Assembly (NCBI GenBank): GCA_013239625.1 | Contig: MU053758.1 | Span: 992,001-1,056,000 of the forward strand | Source: Lama guanicoe | Taxonomy: Eukaryota | Length of the DNA: 64,000 nt | Reading direction: 5' to 3' | Shown here: positions 12,850 through 26,204 of the stretch, piece by piece | Layout of the letters: each line of letters opens with the position of its first letter | Numbering within the stretch: position 1 is the first letter of the stretch | Program-made: the position numbers and the translations under genes | The notes under the pieces: model-generated | The model's database searches: none | What the model was told of the DNA's origin: nothing | The model's input: only the letters and a program-made list of their open reading frames with translations

Positions 12850-13300
12850 CCCAAGCGCCGCTGCTGCGCCTTAAACCCTCGGCCCTCACCTGAGAGCACC
12901 CACTCCCCGCAGCCCCGCCCACGTCCTCTCACCTGAGAGCAGCGCCCACTGCCCACGGAGACACCGCCAGCGCCCCACCGTGTAGTCAGAGCCTGGGCTT
13001 CTCCTTCCGGGTGAGCGGCCGGTGCCCCGGTGCACGACGGGAGAAGGCTGCTGACACACCAATCCCGGGTGCCCAGGACACCCCGCCCCCGCAGGCCGGG
13101 GTTCTCAGTGGCAGGCGCGAGCCCGGGCGGCTCGTTCGGGCCTGCCCGGGCCCGGGCTGGAGTCCGGATTCCCCGCCACTAGGGGCGCTGCAGGGTGCAC
13201 GCAGGCGGAGGGAGGTGCCTAGAGCCTCTGACGTCCAATCCAGAGCCGCGTCCCGCCCATCGTTGTCAGGTCCAGCCAATCAGCGACCAGGGGCGTCCCT
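12850..13300 (-). promoter_or_regulatory. SNX11: SNX11 CpG-island promoter and non-coding exon 1
   Basis: CpG/GC-rich; ETS site CTTCCGG 13004-13010; CCAAT at 13235 and 13276; GC boxes; CAG|GTGAG donors on - strand at 12889 and 12932. Confidence 0.8.
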
Positions 13301-13809
13301 AAAGGTCCGAAAGAGGGCCCAGAGGTGCGAGGGAGAGGTACGAGATCTTGAGCACTGGGGGCTAGCTAAGTCCAGAGAGAGTTCCCATTTGAGCCTCGTA
13401 GGTTGCAGCTCCCCAGCGGAATTATCAAGCCGATGCCAAGTCAGATTCGAAAACTAGATGGTCCGAGCGAACTGGGACTGGCGAGCACACACCAGTTTCA
13501 CTTGGGAAACAAGCCGAAGGAAGGATCGTGCAGCTAGTTAGTAAGAAAGAAAAATATGTTGATGAAGGCTTTTTTTTTTATTTAACGTTATTTAAGTATC
13601 TATTAATTACCTGCATAAAGATAATTTGAGTAAACGTAATATCAAGGAAAAAGTTAAGGTAACAGATGCAAGCTCTGGAGTTAGATGACCTGAGTACAAT
13701 ACCTACCCAGTACTACACTGACCATGTTGGCCTTAAACTGGTCTTAAATCTTTGTTTCCTCTTCTGTAAGGTAGAGATCCTCATAAGGTAAGGTGCACGT
13801 ACCTCAAAG

Positions 13810-15562
13810 CAGCTTTTCTCAAACTTGTTGCTCTCAGGATCCCTTCACATTCTTACAAATGATTAAGGAACCCAAAGAGCTTTGGTTTATGTGCTACAGT
13901 CACCAGATTAGATATTACAATTAAAATTTCTTAAAATTTTTATTCACCTGAAACAATAATAATAAACCATTACATGTTACTATATTTTATGAAATATAAA
14001 TACACTTTCCAAAACAAAAATTGCTAAGTAGAGTAGCATTATATTACAATTTTGCAAATATCTTTCATGTTTGGCTTAATAGAAAACAGCTGGGATTCTG
14101 ATATTTGCTTCCCCATTCTCTCTGTTGTGCTGTTGTTTTGGACTAGGAAATGAAGAAGGTACGTAGTCACACAGATACATAGGTGGAAAAGGGAGGAGTA
14201 TTTTTATCCTTCTCAGATAGTTGTGGATAATCTTTGATACTAGTAAAACTCAACAAATTAGGTAGTTTCTTAAAGGTTAGTTGCAGTGGGAAATCTGAAA
14301 CCATTTGGAAAATATTGGTTTCCTGAGTTACACAGATCTTCCAAATGTGGGTGCATTTTATTATTCAATATTTTTAAAATCATATATATTAAAATCATCA
14401 CTGATATCATCAGTCTTGTGAAGCTGTCAAGCTTACTGGTGGATACATTTTCATGTAGGGGCAGAAAACTTCCCCTTCTTCCCTTCTGGTTCTTTGGCTG
14501 ATCTACTAATTAAACTGAGACGTAAGACAAACTAACAGGAGAAAAACCAATTTTATACTTAGGGGAGCCCCCTAAAAATGAGACCCATATAAGGCAATTG
14601 AGACATACATGCCATCCTGAGCTGAAGAATGGGATAGGGGCCTGGGCTTCAAAGCTGCGAGGGCAGTTCACTGAACGAGAAGAGCAGATGTTTGGTTACT
14701 AGAAGTTTGCCCAGCCATGGTGACAGATAACTTTTCTTTCAGATAAAAAAGTTATCTCTGGCAATAGCTTTTTGGTACAGGCCCCCTAACTAAATTCTTT
14801 AAGGTAGTTTGGGAGAGGTGAAAATTTGTCCTGAGTCTGTTGGGTGTTATTACCTTTAGCTCAAATAATCCACATGCCAAATCAGCATATTTTGGGGTGG
14901 CACATTCTGCTCCCCTTCACAAATTTCAGATTTGTGAAATTTCCCCTTTCCAAAATTATAATTTTTGCCTGAAAGCTCAAATTTTATCATTGGCAGAAAT
15001 ACTTTCCTTCAGTGATTTTCCTTGAAGTGGCAGGCTCATTTCATTCAAATATCCAAGTCTGAATACCCAGTTTTTCTGTCAGTCATTCTTTCAAATAAAA
15101 ATGGTATTCTATGAAAAAAAGCAGCTAGTTCAGCTCACACATCTCAAACAATTGCACAACCCTGTACTTCAGTAAGCAGCAGAAATGCTTTGTGTACATC
15201 TTCCATTTCATCAGATAGAACATTAAAAACACGTATACTCTAGGAGAGAGATTCATAAAATTAATCATTGGTACTGCTTTATCAAGGATAGTCTTAAGTG
15301 AATGTGGCTTCTTAATTCTTTTACTGCATAGGTGTGACAATGAAGAATACAAATCTGGTACAAGGTGGTGCCACACTGCCTTGATTCATGCTACGATGCC
15401 AGCAGTTTTATCCACTTTTGTACCATCAGTGAAAAGACCAACACAGTGAAAAAGAGCAAATAATGTCTTAGTATTATTATGAAAATAGTCTTGACCATGC
15501 AGACTCCCTGAAAGCATCCCAGGCACTCCCAGAGTCTGTGGACTACACTTGGAGAACCATAG
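13810..15562 (-). mobile_element. Charlie1-family hAT DNA transposon, interrupted by a solo LTR
   Basis: Left end CAGCTTTTCTCAAAC..CTCAGGATCCCTT..CCCAAAGAGCTTT and right end TAGTATTATTATGAAAATAGTCTTGACC..CCCTGAAAG..GGAGAACCATAG match the reverse Charlie1 consensus as recalled. Confidence 0.75.
14454..14919 (-). mobile_element. ERV1-class solo LTR (MER34/MER39-like) nested in Charlie1
   Basis: On - strand begins TGAAGGGGAGCAGAATGTGCCACCCCAAAATATG and ends CCCCTACA (TG...CA), 466 bp; no clean TSD seen. Confidence 0.75.
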
Positions 15563-15825
15563 GTTATATCTGTAGAATGTATCCTCTCATTCAACAAATA
15601 CTTACTGAGCCCTGTCTATGGTTTAGGCACTGTTCAAAATGTTAAGAGTAAAGCAGTGAGAAAACCAATAAAATGCACCTAAGCCATCAAAAAAAAAAAA
15701 AAAAAAAAAAACAGAAAAATACCCTGAACTGTTGGAGCTTATATCCTAAGAAATATAAGGGCTTAGCCTCACTACCCAACATATTACTCAATAAGTGTTT
15801 TTATATAAGTTCATTAAGTAATTTT

Positions 15826-15992
15826 TAAAATATTTTTGAAGAGTGATTTATTTATATAGGGTTTTTTTTTGAGGGGGGAGGGAATGTAATTAGGTTTATT
15901 TATTTCTTTATTTTTAGAGGTACCGGGGATTGAACCCAGGAGCTCCTGCATGCTAAACATGCGCTCTATCACTTGAGCTATACCCTCCCCTC
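15826..15992 (-). mobile_element. tRNA-derived SINE (Vic-1-like)
   Basis: Minus strand GGGGAGGGTATAGCTCAAGTGATAGAGC..GGGTTCAATCCCC (A/B boxes), A-rich tail; approximate TSD CATTAA(G/A)TAATTTT at 15812 and 15993. Confidence 0.85.
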
Positions 15993-16390
15993 CATTAAAT
16001 AATTTTAATGTAATACAGGCTTCACAAACAGGCAGTACCCCATCTCTAGCTTATTTTTTCAACAATAATTTCTAACATTTGGTGATGGGGCCAATCCGTA
16101 CCGTACCTGAAATGCTAGCAAATCACAGCACTCCAAGCAGTGATCTCTTCACTTGAGAAAAAAAACCGATCAACGTCAGGGCTCTGGGTGCATGATTTGA
16201 GGGGTATAGGTTTTAATTAGAGTCCAGTTACTACCAGGAAGTCACATGAGAATCAGACTGACCTGGGGAGGTAAGAAAGACAGGTAGCTCTCAAGTATAT
16301 TTGCCTTTTAAAAGAGAATACTTGTTAACCCCAAATGAATAAAAATCTTTAACAATAGAATTTCAAGTAGTAGTCAAAATGAAACAAAGA

Positions 16391-17140
16391 ATCTCACACC
16401 CATTAGGACGACTACTATCAAAAAAAGAAAAAACCCAAAAAACAAAACAAAAACCCAGAAGACAACAAACGTGAAGGTGTGGAGAAACTGGAACCCTTGT
16501 GCACTGTTGGTGGGAATGTAAAATGATAGAGCCACTGGAAAACAGTGTGGATTTCCTAAAAAAAAAGAAAAACTAAAAATAGAATTACCATATGATCCAG
16601 CAATTCCACTGCTGGGTATATAACCAAAAGAATCGAAAGCAGGGTCTCGAAGAGATTATTTGTACATCCATGTTTTTAGCAGCATTATTCACAATAGCTA
16701 AAACGTGAAAGCAACCCAAGTGTCTAACAACAGATGAATGGATAAGCAAATTGTGATATATACAAAAAAAAGGGATATTCTTCAGCCTTAAAAAGGAAGG
16801 AAATTTTGACATATGCTACACCATATGTCCCTATGAACCTTGAGAACATTATGCTAAATGAAATAGGCCACTCGCAAAAAGACAAATACTGTATGATTCC
16901 ATTTATATGAGTATTTAGAATAGTCAAAATCGTAGAGACAGAAAGTAGAATGGTGATTGCCAGGGCCTGGGGAAAGGAAGGAATAGGGAGCTATTCTTTA
17001 ACGGGTATAGTTTCAGTTTCACAAGATGAGAAAAGTTATGGAGATGGATGGTGGTGATGGACGTACAACTATGAATGTACACTTAAAATGGTTACAATGG
17101 TAAATTTTTTGTTTTATATATTTTACCACAACTTTTTAAA
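16391..17140 (+). mobile_element. L1 (L1MA/L1MB-like) 3' fragment, end of ORF2 plus 3' UTR
   Basis: CTCACACCCATTAGGA..GGAGAAACTGGAACCCTTGTGCACTGTTGGTGGGAATGTAAA..CCATATGATCCAGCAATTCCACT..GCAGCATTATTCACAATAGC..TATATTTTACCACAA. Confidence 0.9.
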
Positions 17141-18229
17141 TTGGGGGAAATGAAACAAAGAATTTCAGACAGTGCAGAGGAAAATATTTTAAAAGTCCTC
17201 TACTTCTGCTGCTTAAATCACGTCTCAGAAGCAGCAATCTACTGTACTTAACATAACTACTGTTTACTGAGTGTCAGCAAGGTGCCATCCCCTTTACACA
17301 TTACTGTTAGTCCTGTAGAAATGCTGCAAGGTATGTCTTAAATAATATTTTCATCTTTTAGATTTTCATGGAAGCTGAGGCTCAGCAAAGTTAAGCAGCT
17401 TGTCCAAAGTTACACAGCAGGCAAATAATAGAGAATTGGATCCAGTTCAGCCTGATACCAAGTCCTTGTTCTTTTTTGCAACGTCACACTTCCTCCTTTC
17501 GCCATATTCCTTGTGATTTTGGAAGCTTCGTGTGACAGACACATTTCCTGTTGGGCATGAGGCAGTGTCACTTCAAATGTTGTCTTGAGTAAGATGATTA
17601 TGATTGAGTTGCCATTACCCTTAGAAAGAAAAGAACCCCTGAAGGTATGAACTACATGAAATGTCATCATTCTTATGGGAAGAGACAAGAACGAAACCCA
17701 TTTAATCCCAAAAGACTTTCAAAAAAGATGTTGTTAATGCAGCGATTTTAGGCTTGAGAGTTTGACAGCCATCCTGGCAGAATTCCAAAATAGATGATTA
17801 ACAAGTGAGCTCCTAGTTGATTGCAGATTAGCATAAACCGGTGGTGCTCTGCTACCTAAAAAGAGGTGACTTTTGACTCCCTTAATTCAAGAATGGTGTA
17901 AAGCAACAGGGCCGTGTTGGCTCCCTCTGCCTTGAAATATGCACATTAGAGGCAGAATTTAACATGGATGGGCTAGATCTGAAACTTGTGCTCTGATGTA
18001 CTGTTTAAGAAAATGGTGACATTTAGCTTAGAAAAGAGAGACCTTAGGGAACATGAAGGCTGAATTTCAATACTAGAAGGACGATATGAAAGAGGAATTA
18101 GGTTAACAGAAAGAGAACTGTGTGCTGCTGCAGAAGCCATAAGTAGGGGAATAGGTGGCATTTACATGGAGAAGCAGAATCCAGCTCAGTGTGAGGAATT
18201 GGGGTGGCAGCATTTTATGCAGGCAGGAA

Positions 18230-18420
18230 TATGGTTCTGGAGTTAGAAATAACATCAGATCTTGATTCCACCACTTTCTTGCCGAATGCCTTTGGACAGG
18301 TTATGCAGCCTCTGAGCCTTTTCTGCAAAATGGAAATAGCAATTCTACCTCCCAGAGTTGTAAGGATTAAATAAGATTAATCAAGGACTCAAAATTCCTA
18401 GCACTGGGGCAAACAGTAGC
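18230..18420 (+). mobile_element. MIR SINE fragment
   Basis: TTCTGGAGTTAGA..CCACCACTT..TTTGGACAGGTTA..CCTCTGAGCC..CTGCAAAATGG..TACCTCCCAGAGTTGTAAGGATTAAAT. Confidence 0.65.
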
Positions 18421-19639
18421 TAACATTATGACAACTAATTTTCTCATCATTAAAGTTATTAAAAAACAGAATAGGACACTTCAGGAGGGAGTGAGTGGAT
18501 AAATTTTTGCTTCTTCATAGACATTCAACCCAATAATGTCTCAGGAAGAACCACCCTCGTCTCTGCTCTCACAGCCTTTTTAGCAAAACTCTATTATGAT
18601 ATTGCTGGGATGGGTTTCTTACATGGCAATTCTCCAGAACCCCTGCACAGTACCTGGCTCAGCAAAACTGCTACGTAAATGCAGACTCCTGCATTCTGGG
18701 GGTGGAGTGCGGTGGACTAGTTGCCTTTCTCTTTCTCCTCTGACTAGAATATCTGAATTCAAAGTAAGGGCAATAAAGACATCTTCTGGTAGAAATTCTA
18801 TCTATTTTGTTCCTGGTTGGATAGGGAAAAGAGGAGTAAGGGAGAGATTAAAAAAAAAAAACCACGAATCTGATGTGAATTAAAGTCACGAAGGAAAGCT
18901 TGATCACCCCCATTTTCTGTGAGATAGAACATATTAATTCACTTAATCGTTTATTCAACAAATATTGCTTGACTGTACTGAGCCAAGGTTTCTGCCCTTC
19001 CTGGAGTGGAGTTAAGAGTCGACGAGAGCAGACAGACATTAGCTAATGACAGTAAAGTGGGGTAAATATTATGCTGAGAGACCGAATTTCCATGTGAACA
19101 TTTTTGGGGACAGTTGGAATCAGGAGAACTGGAACATTTATCTCAAAGAATAACAAACATGTGTTTTCCCTATTTCTCTGATTCTTTGGGGAGGCTAGGT
19201 GAAGGAGTGGTGCTCATGGAGACTAGAGGATTCGGCACTAAGCCACATATTGGCGCAGCCACGAGAAAGGGGAAGTTCAGGGTGCCAGGATAACACCTAC
19301 CAGCGGGACCTAACCGAGTCTAAGGGGTCAGGGAAGGACTCGAAAGGGAAGTAACCAACGCTGAGAAGCAGGCGTCTTGTACAGAGATTTGAGGAGGCGT
19401 AAATTGAGGATTACACAGATTGGAGATTTGATAAAGCTCCGATGAGAAACCTGTTAGATTGAGATTTTTCGAGGATGTTAACTATTTACTGTCCAGGACT
19501 TGATTTGATTTTTCAGACTAGGCATCAAGGGATTCGCTTGTAAAACTACATGTTTTAACTTTCCAGGTTGCAGCCTTCTAAGCTACAGCTCCTTCGACAC
19601 TAAGAGTTTAAGAACTAAAACTCCCTGAAACCCTCGCAA

Positions 19640-20400
19640 ACTGTGCGTGACGGCGTGGAAGGCGCGCAGCACCTCGGGTCTTGTAGTCTCCAAAGGACTC
19701 CAAATCCCATAGTGCTGTGCGGCGGGTCGTCGCGCCTGCGCAGTGCGGTCGGCGGGCAGCGCAGAGTGCGAGGCTCTTTTGTTCGGCTGAGGGGAGGGCC
19801 GTTGGCTGGGGCCTGCGGTACGCCGCTTCAGTGAGGGGCTCCACCGCGGTCACCCGGCTTGTTGCTTTCCTGGTCGCCACTCCCCCGGCCGGCCCGACGC
19901 GACGCGCCAGTAGCGCGGCACCGATTCTTCTCGGACTCGTGGGCGCTGCTCTGAGGTAAAGAGCCCGCTAGAGGCGGGGAAGCGGTGGGGAAGGCGCGCA
20001 GTGGCGGCGGGAGCTTCGTGAGGGGCCGCGCGCTCGCGGCAGCGGTTGGGAGCGGGGAGCGCGCCCGCGTCCCGCGCCTTTCCCGCGCCGAGCCCTCCGC
20101 GGGGCGCTGGGGGGTCTGGCGACGCGCGCCAGAAGGATGGAGAGGGCGGGGCGGCGTCTACTGAGCTAGAGATTGAAGCGATTCGCGGTGGGCCAAGCAC
20201 TTGCGGGTCGCTCTTCGGGCCTGGACAATGCTGCTTTTTTGGGTGGGCGTCTGCGGGATTGAGCTGAAGAGGAAACACTGAGTAAATTGGGAAGGAGACG
20301 GACGGGGCGGCCTGGGTGCTTGGACAAGTGTGGGGTGGGTTGACGACTGCGAGACCCGCGGTTTAAAAATTGTAACCTGAGAATATTGGGTCCTGCCGGG
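19640..20400 (+). promoter_or_regulatory. CBX1: CBX1 CpG-island promoter and non-coding exon 1 (ends 19955)
   Basis: CpG island; nuclear respiratory factor 1 motif GCGCCTGCGCA 19732-19742; ZNF143-like GACTCCAAATCCCATAGTGC about 19696-19715; donor GAG|GTAAA at 19956; exon text resembles the human CBX1 5' UTR as recalled. Confidence 0.85.
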
Positions 20401-23400
20401 GCTGCCAGAGGAATTCCGCTAGCAGGACTAGGGAGCGTAACTTCGAGGAAATTTTTAGAGGGGGCTGGGCAGCCCAGAGTATGCTACCAGGGGAGGAGAT
20501 CTGTTGAATAAATTGGGGCTAGAAGGAGGAGTAGTATTTGCCTCGCTGGGCTCTAGAAGGGAGGAGCTGCTACAGGGGCAAGTGGGACGGAGGTATCGAG
20601 GGTATTTCTGTGAGGTGTGAAGAGAAAAGGGGAAAACCGACCGCCCTTGCTTCCCGATGGGTAGGCTGTAGGAATAATGTGTGGAGAAAGGACGGAACAC
20701 TTTCTTCCCTTTCCCAGGTGTCCTACTACCTTCACTCTGATTCCTTTAGGGAGTTAAGAAGTCCAAGTGTGGCTCTTGCTTTGACTCATAATTAGTTCAA
20801 TAAGTTTTTATCTGTGATTTTTTACTGATTACAAAGGGCAGCGAATTGTAGAAATGTTAATGAGTTAATATTTAAGGAATGAAGTAAGTTAGTGAGAGAT
20901 TGTGAGATGATGTGGGAAATTGGGAGACAAAGAGGGAAAGTTTGTGAGATTTTTTTCCCCCCTTGGGCTCTTAAAAGTTTTTTTAGCCAGCTTGTCCTTG
21001 CTGGAAAATTTGAATACAAAGGGAGCAATACTTTACCCCTTCTTCAGAACTTCAGGTGAAGATTTTTCTTGGGTTGCTTTTATATTCAAACATGTATTGG
21101 TTGGTCTCAACTGAGGTGGTATTTACCAAAAAATCAGTATGCTAGAACCCCTGGCCGGGGTAAGATACCCTCCACAATTGTGTTAAGAATCAGGTCGGTA
21201 TTTTGGAATAGTTCTGAAAGGCCCAAGGTTTTGGAATAGATACATTAATACAATTGGGAAATTACTGCCTGTGTTCCAAGGTGCTTTCAGACATTTATAT
21301 GGAAAATGGTAAGATTGAAGAGTACATTGTTGGAACCGGTCACACCTTTAGGGCAGTTCAGGATGTTCAGTCATTTCCAGTTTTCCCTGTGGTACCATTT
21401 TTCTTTGGTTGCTGTGTTCTAAATTGTTTTTCACTAAACATGTAACTAGTGTGTAGCTTGGTGCTTCTAGGTTCTTGAGTAAAGGAGACCAAGTAAGGGT
21501 ACCCTACCCTGCATTTTGACTGCAGGATGCTAATTTTCTAATCATACATCTCAAGAAAAGAAGCAACCATTTTAGAGACTAGGAAAATTTCTTTTTCAGT
21601 TCACACCGTTGAGAAAAAGAATTGATGCATTTTTGTCATTTTCTAGTAGTTTATCCCTCGAACTCTCCCTTTTTCATGTACTATCTCTGATGGTATAACA
21701 GATTTTGCATTAGATTTGATAAATTTGCATCATTGATTATTTCTCTGAAGAGTTTTTGGAATAAAATGCTAACGGCTAGTTTATGGACTTACATAACATG
21801 GGGTCGTGCTTCTTGTTCATTTAAGTGTCTGGCACATAGTTGACCATTCATATTGTTGAATAAATGGATAGGGCTTTTAGATCCTTTCTGAGAGTTCCAT
21901 GTGTTAGTCAGCAGAATGACTTGATGTACATTTATGTAATCAGTTTACCTGTTTTTACTCTATGACGTTTGGCAGAGTAAAACTGTTGCCCTTGACATGC
22001 TTGTCTTAGCCTCCATTTTTAATATACTTACCCTCATATTAAACACAGAAAAGGTGTGCAGGTTGTGCAGGTCACAATTTTAAATACTTTAGACAAGGGA
22101 CTAGGAGAGGACCAAGGTTCTGGGTTTCAACAGAAAGGTATATAGTACTTACAGCGATGTCTGTTGAGAAATTGAATAGCGTTTCCAAGGTTAACTAGAG
22201 AAGTTATTTGAATAAGGACAAAAATTCAGATCCTGTAAGTATTTGAGTTGAGTAACTTGAATAAATCTTTTTGCCTTTAAGCTTTTATGATTTGCTGACC
22301 AAAAGGGGGCAACCTAATTTGTCTGTGAAATTGTGTCTTTCTCTTTAATAATAGTTAACACATTGAGGGCTTAACAGAACTATGGTGTTTGAGAGATTAG
22401 TGTCAGTAGAATGTTTTTATTTCATTTGAAACTAAGATTTGCTTCAGGTATCACTGTGTCCTACTGATACTTGCAGATCCCTGTGGTCTCCCAACCCAAG
22501 CCATATCTATAGTTTCATTTACATCAGCACAGTGAAAAGAAGTTAGCCAAGTTTCTGGACACAGCTCAGACAAAATTTACACACCGGTATTCTAGTCCTA
22601 GATCCTGGAATTCAGGGGCAGGCATTCTTTTAAAAATGAAGCTCCTGCTCACTGGGTATGTGGCACAAGTTCTTGTTTTCTGCTCCGTAAAGTTTTCCGT
22701 CTGGAAAGCATTTGCCTCACAAACAGCTACAGCTAACAAACTAAAAGCAGTTTAGAAACATGAGTCAGGACTACAAAGTGAATATACTACACATGCCTTC
22801 ACCTGCCTTTTGATGACTGATATGTAGTTGCTAATGCTCAGCAAAGATACTTCTTTCTTCTGATTTTCCATTTAGGTCTTGTAGATCCGATTTATTTGCT
22901 GATCATTTCCTAAAAAGCTGGAGCTTTTCCCCTGGTTATCTGAGTCTGAGCCATCCATCCTTATGACCCATATAAAGTTCAACACCTTACATCAGACCTA
23001 GACCTACTTTTAATTGAGTGAGTTGAAAATAGAAACAGAATGCTTTGGGAACCACAAGAAAAAGCGAAATATTTGACTAAGTTGGATAGGCTTCATGGAA
23101 GAAGTAGCATTTAAGCTGAGTCTTAAAGGATAGGTAGGATTTTGACTACTGGTCTTGGACAGGAACATACTTTTTAATAATGAGCAAATCCAGGCATGGA
23201 AGAAATGTGCAGGATGTGTTCAGGTTATAGTTCTCTGTTTTGACAGGACTGTAGGTTTTGGAGGGAAGTAGGAGTATGGAATGGTTGGAACCAAAGGGTG
23301 TTAGATTTTATACTGAGGAGTTTGGCCTTTTAAGGAAGGAGACTTTGTTGAAAAATTTTTAGCAGTTACCTCTCACTTTCCTATTCAGTCTACTCCCACC

Positions 23401-24520
23401 TAAATTGTTTACACAGTCTACCTCAGCAGTGCCTCATTGCTTTTGTTCACAGTTGTTCCTTGGGCCAAACTGCCTCCCTCTAGTTCACCTTTTCAAATGC
23501 TGTTGGAGCCCTGCTGCAATCCCAACTTTTCAGAACCTTTCCTAATCACCCTAGCCATTCCTCCAAATAGTGCTTTTATGGTTACTTGTTACTGCTTATA
23601 TTTCTTTTACTTATTACCTACTCCTGTCATTTCTCCTGTTGAACTTCAGTTGCATTGTTTACCTTTTTTGTATGTTTTTGTCTTTCAGTCCTGGCTCTGT
23701 GTCTTACCCTTGGGAGACTTTGGGAAATTTTCTTTGCTTCAGAAAGCCTTAGTTTCCTCAGTTGTGAAATGGGCTTAAATAGAGTTGTTGTGATGATTCG
23801 ATTAAGTGCTTTTCTATGCGTTAAGTGTTAAGTATTCAGTGAAAATTATTGTGTTTTTACTTACCCTTATGGGGTTTTCAAAAGCCTGTACTTCTTGTGT
23901 GTCAGCATATCCTGCTAGCCTGGCCAGGCAGGTCCATTTGCCTGGGTCTGAGGGGGTTCCTGAGATGTGGAACTTTCAGAAGCTTTCAGTGCTTTAGCTG
24001 GGGTGAATTGGTCGCCCTTTATTCCACACAGACTGTTAGCAAATGCTTATTGATTTGATTGTTTAATAGATGGTATTAAAAGCTAGTAGAGCTGTGGGTA
24101 TAAACTTTTATAGCCGTTAACTGACTTGGTCTTAAACCTAAGCTAGAGGCAAAGGAGGGCTAAAGAAAACAAGGAATGGAAAAAGGAGCTAGAAGAAAGG
24201 AGCAAAGTAGGGAATGATATGCACAGTAATTATCATTATCTGCTGCTCCCTCAATTTAACTCTACTTCTTTTCCCAGATAAAGCAAGCTCTTCTCACCCT
24301 AGGATTTTGAACCCACTATTCCCTAAATTTGGTGTGTTTTTGTTATTTTTGCTGACTTATCCCTTTGTTATTTAGGTCTCTGTTACTTAATCTGGAGATA
24401 TTTTCTTTATAGCATTTATCGCTAATGATTTGTCCTTGTCTGTGCTGTACTCTGCACATATGTACACGCATACACTCCCTCTCATGCTCACTCCTTTGTC
24501 CACATTAGAATATAAACTCT

Positions 24521-24629
24521 GAGGGGGTTGAGTATAGCTCAGTGATAGAGCACATGCTAAGCATGTATGAGGTCCTGGGTTCAATCCCCAGTATCTCCAT
24601 TTAAAAAAAAAATATATATATATATATAA
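24521..24629 (+). mobile_element. tRNA-derived SINE (Vic-1-like) inserted into an L2 3' end
   Basis: GTATAGCTCAGTGATAGAGC..GGTCCTGGGTTCAATCCCCAG, A/(TA)n tail, TSD-like AAACTCT on both sides; flanks rejoin to an L2 terminus (..TAGGTGCTCAATAGATA..AATGAATGA). Confidence 0.85.
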
Positions 24630-26204
24630 AAACTCTAAGAGACCAGAGGTTTTGTCTGTCTTGTTCACCCCATTTTTCTAGCACCTCACATAATAGGTGC
24701 TCAATAGATAACTGTTAAATGAATGATTACTGTAAGGGCATGTTCATAGGAAGAGTTAAACTTCTGATAGTGACATTTTAGCTAAGGGAATTGGTCAAAT
24801 GAAGTACAAGGCAAAGGACAAGGTAACTGTGATTGATAGGTTAGGAACAGTGGTCTTCAGCTCAAATGTCCACAGATAATGATATGAAGCGGTCTGCATT
24901 TTTACGTCAGTGGCTAGTATCGAGAATGAATTGGATTAGGAGTTATCCAGGCAAGAGATGGTGGTTGCTTGGAATAGGATGGTAATAGTGGAACCAGAAA
25001 AAAATGTATAAATTGAAAGATACTTAAGATATAAAATCAACAGGATATAGTAAGAGACTGGATATGGAGTATGGGTGGAGAGAAATCAAGGATTGTCATG
25101 ATTTTGTCTTGAACTCAGTAAAAGCTATATGAATTCTTAGACCATTGTTCATTTAATTGGGGGACTGGCTTTTTTTAAAAGTATATCTGTAAAATCAGAC
25201 CCTGAAATCACAACTTCTGAAGTTTGTTATAGAACTTCACCATATGAATCTTTAAAACTGGTTTTTGGTATTGATGCAGGTCTTCAGATATCTTAAAATT
25301 CTTTTTGTAAATAATTCTATTAAAATTTCCCATTGTTTATATGCAGAATTTGCTTCCTTTTTCTTACTTATCTTTTGCCATTTACTAAAGGGCTTGTTAC
25401 TTTATTTTCCTGCCTGGGCAAAATAATAGGAAGAACATAAGAAATTCCTACGCTTTGGGTATGTGAAATGTGATTTCTCAGTTTCTGGCAGCTCTTCTGT
25501 CTCAGTCTTCCAGAAATGAGATCTTGGTTTCTCTGTTTTGTAGTTACTGGTTCATTCATACCAGCCAGACTTGGGTCCTCCTTGAGTGTATTCTGGAGCT
25601 GCTCTGCTGTTTAGAAAAACTGTGCCATGAATTTCAGCCAATATACATAGAACAAAAATGGTATTTTCTCTTTGAGTTCCTAATGCACTGGATTTCAGAG
25701 AGTTATCCTTATGCTTAAAGCAGTAAATAATCTAATAATTAGGACATATATGTGAATATATAAATAGATAATGAATGCCAGAAGATCATAAAAGCTTGCC
25801 TCAAAGGAGGGTTTTTACACCTATTTTACAGATGAGGGAACTGAATTATGCAGTAAATATTTAACCCCCTGTAGGCATAAAGTTGTTTTGAGAGGTCAGG
25901 GCAGGGAAGATATGCTTCTGGTGCTCATACTAGCTTCTGGTGAAAGAAACTATGCGGATCTTTCAAGCAATGGTCTTCCAGTTTCATTGTTAATGCAGCA
26001 AAGGTCTAGAGTGAATGATGCTGAACATGATATAGAGAAGGTTTTGTTTTCAGGAACATCAGTTATTACTTTATTGTTCCAGCCTTATTCTAAATTTTTG
26101 GAGAAAGTAGAATGTTCACCTCCCTTTAACTGTGAGAATTGATTTATGTCTGAAATAGTGTGTGTGGTTTCACCTGAGGAATGTAGTTTCTGCCAGTCCT
26201 CTTA

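Noticed and set aside
24521..24600. Possible tRNA-Ala genes (also at 15920, 27000, 29670)
   Set aside because: A/B boxes are present, but the copies are diverged and have A-rich tails and TSDs, so they are SINEs.
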